NCBI RefSeq assembly: GCF_003704095.1
Contig: NW_020847248.1
Coordinates: 930,001-994,000 of the forward strand
Length of the DNA stretch: 64,000 bases
Direction of reading: 5' to 3'
DNA from: Pocillopora damicornis
Taxonomy: Eukaryota
Shown here: one piece after another, positions 62,301 through 64,000 of the stretch
How the letters are laid out: every line of letters begins with the position of its first letter
Numbering within the stretch: position 1 is the stretch's first letter
Program-made: the position numbers and the translations under genes
The notes under the pieces: model-generated
Told to the model about the DNA's origin: nothing
The model's database searches: none
What the model saw: the letters and a program-made list of their open reading frames with translations, nothing else

Positions 62301-63171
62301 ATAAACAGAGTTCATCGTTACACCATGAGCTGTAAGAGAGTTTTGTAAATTGAGTCTCAAAATATGAAAAGCAATTTTGCTTTTGTTATCTTTTAATTTC
62401 TCGTGGGGAGTTTCAGACTAAAGTCATCTGTCATGCTGCGTGGAATAATGACTTGTTCTCGTGGTAAGGCCGGTAAACTTTTCTTTTTTTCTCATAAAAG
62501 GTTCTGTCGTTACGCAAAATGGAACGGACTTTACTTTCAGTCATCTTTGAAGTTTTTTTTGCGACCGACTAGTTTAGCCACTACGTCATTAAAAAGAAGA
62601 AAATTTCCACACTGCCATTTGGCGGAATTTTTAAATTTCTGTTTTCTAATATTTAATTTTACCAGCTTCTGGCTTACCTTGCCTTGGCAATGGAGTGTAT
62701 TTGCAGACTACACCAACGTCATCAGAGTGGAGGCAGTTCTGACTTCCCCACCCACCATGGCGACATCCTGCAATGCTTTCTTCGTCGCCAACACAATGCA
62801 CATCATCTAGCCAAATCTTGTCTGGTGTACTATATCCATCGTACCAACCGCAGCAGTGTGTACTCCAAGCACCTTCAGTATACCCCAGCATACGGCAAAT
62901 GACGTTTGCTTCCTCGATTCCCCAATCGTCATCGCATATGGTTCCCCAAGTACCGTTAAGGAAGAGTTCCACTCTTCCTTGATTTGACGTGATTCCAGAT
63001 CTTAAGCGAACCTTTAATTCTGGGCCAAGAGTAGGCAAAAAATCCTTAGTAATTTATTGTGGTCTCGTTAATACAACGCTATTCTGATATTTGCGATATG
63101 TAAAAAAATAAGACGATTGACTAAAATCATAATAAACTCACCCGGATGTGGTCCGGGAGAAAGTGTTGGGC
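52803..63171 (-). CDS. SRCR/LRP-like type I receptor (2xSRCR, 2xYWTD propeller, EGF, SEA-like, TM, NPxY tail); 5' end not identified
   Basis: Phase-compatible GT-AG exons: 63171-63142, 63019-62678, 62202-61870, 61446-61053, 60065-59650, 58846-58733, 58300-57907, 56932-56517, 56247-55957, 55437-55394, 54578-54490, 53926-53576, 53364-52803. Confidence 0.9.
53576..53926 (-). CDS. SEA-like C-terminal half plus TM exon of the SRCR receptor
   Basis: TQVEYAVV..VSASFVADVTKKNAAAIGRKNGGDVLSV; TM AGVITGVVVALGLVLITVALAVWYFR. Confidence 0.85.
54212..54402 (+). repeat. Hammerhead-ribozyme-containing short retroelement (Penelope/retrozyme-type), degenerate inverted HHR pair
   Basis: aaagctgaagtttcgagcgtt versus aacgctcgaaacgtcagcttt (21-bp inverted, 1 mismatch); core ctaatgaag..GAAACGTC with CTGAnGA mutated. 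Confidence 0.7.
55957..56247 (-). CDS. EGF-mucin-EGF exon of the SRCR receptor
   Basis: PCSKNSCTHLCFKIPSGYKCDCP..NC; PPPTTTTAPPTT; CASVPCMNGATC..FHCRCVGYFGGPTC. Confidence 0.88.
56517..58300 (-). CDS. Second YWTD propeller (exons 58300-57907 and 56932-56517)
   Basis: IYWTE, VFWIN, MYWSA, IYFVS, LYWGE repeats. Confidence 0.88.
57693..57875 (-). mobile_element. Tc1/mariner-type MITE fragment in an intron
   Basis: tacaatcaaacctgtattaagcggcac terminus with internal repeated cgcttaa(t)acag motifs. Confidence 0.45.
59650..61446 (-). CDS. First YWTD propeller (exons 61446-61053 and 60065-59650)
   Basis: MYWTD, IYFAD, LYFSD, LYWTS repeats. Confidence 0.88.
61870..63019 (-). CDS. Two SRCR domain exons (63019-62678 and 62202-61870)
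   Basis: GRVE..WGTICDD.W...A.V.CR.LG..IWL.DV.C.G.E.SI..C.H.GW...C.H.ED..V.C in both. Confidence 0.95.
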
Positions 63172-64000
63172 CTTTAAAATGAAAAGCATAAAGCAGAACA
63201 GATTAGCTGTAAAATTCTAAATAAAACACACTAATGTTATTTTAATCCATTTTCCAGTCTCCTAGAGAAAACCTTATCGATGGCTTGTTAATGACCAAGC
63301 TCGAGGGCCGTATTTCTAGGGAATTTTGGCTCGAGGTCGGGCTAGTAGGGCCAATATTCCTCGGTGCCTTTCAAGCAAGCGATGTTAGCCTGTAGCTTGT
63401 TGTACTGCACTTGAACTAGACTTGTAAAATTTGACTCTTCCTGGTGTCGAGAACAAAAATACACGACTCGAACTATAACCTAATCTGTGGAAACGGCCCA
63501 TATGGCAAAGTCCCGACCATATAATTCAGAATTATGAATAAAAGAATCTTAAACGTTCATAGAGATTATCATGAAAGTAAAAAACTCACAAACCGAATCC
63601 TTGGCCTAATGTTTCATTAAAGTGTCAGGCAGAAAGCTGACAGGCAGAAATCGGGACCAAAAAGCTTGAAGCAAATACCCAGTAGTAACAAACTCAATTT
63701 CGCAGGAGATGGAGTATGCTCAACCATACCATTACTCTCAATGCTATTTCATACTCAAGAAAACAATACCATACATCATTTAAAATAGAACCACGACTAG
63801 GCTCTGTTGTTGAGATATACTCGTGCCAAAGGTCTACAAACTGTGTTTACCTTCAGGAGAAGGAACAGAGTCATTTCTGCAGACAACTCCTGCGTCTTCG
63901 CTATGGAAGCAATTATGCATCTCCCAGCCATCGTGCTGACAAGCCGCAATGGTGTGCTCATCACCGCGGCACTTAACATTATCCATTAAAATGGGAAACG

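Noticed and set aside
63590-63700. Possible upstream or signal-peptide exon of the SRCR gene (gtgagt donor at ~63589)
   Set aside because: The required phase-1 frame contains a stop; the 5' end is left unassigned
1-64000. CRISPR arrays, rRNA, tRNA or prokaryotic operons
   Set aside because: None seen; the sequence is intron-containing eukaryotic DNA

Overview
AT-rich eukaryotic draft-assembly sequence with GT-AG introns and many fixed 100-N gaps. The repeats and gene content suggest a cnidarian, probably a stony coral (inference). Reading exons by hand gives two related minus-strand type I membrane receptors. (1) An apparently intact 13+ exon gene at 52803-63171+: SRCR-SRCR-YWTD propeller-EGF-YWTD propeller-EGF-mucin-EGF-SEA-like-TM-NPxY tail. 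(2) A multi-copy, scrambled gene: signal peptide (43028-43088), one YWTD propeller without EGF, SEA-like module, TM and a long low-complexity tail that probably continues across a Gypsy insertion into a death-domain exon (2480-2952). The two genes share a three-exon juxtamembrane module with identical intron phases. Gene 2, a neighbouring rhodopsin-class GPCR and the intronic Gypsy element each occur in 2-3 diverged copies in both orientations, consistent with an inverted segmental duplication whose contigs are interleaved in the scaffold. The rest is transposon-derived: Gypsy, THAP/P-element with a convergent second ORF, Penelope with hammerhead ribozyme motifs, an L1/Tx1 fragment, MITEs, a TIR element carrying a Tudor-like ORF, and a mosaic of gene fragments (FTCDNL1-like, kinase). 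All calls come from manual motif and splice-phase reading; no database searches were run.
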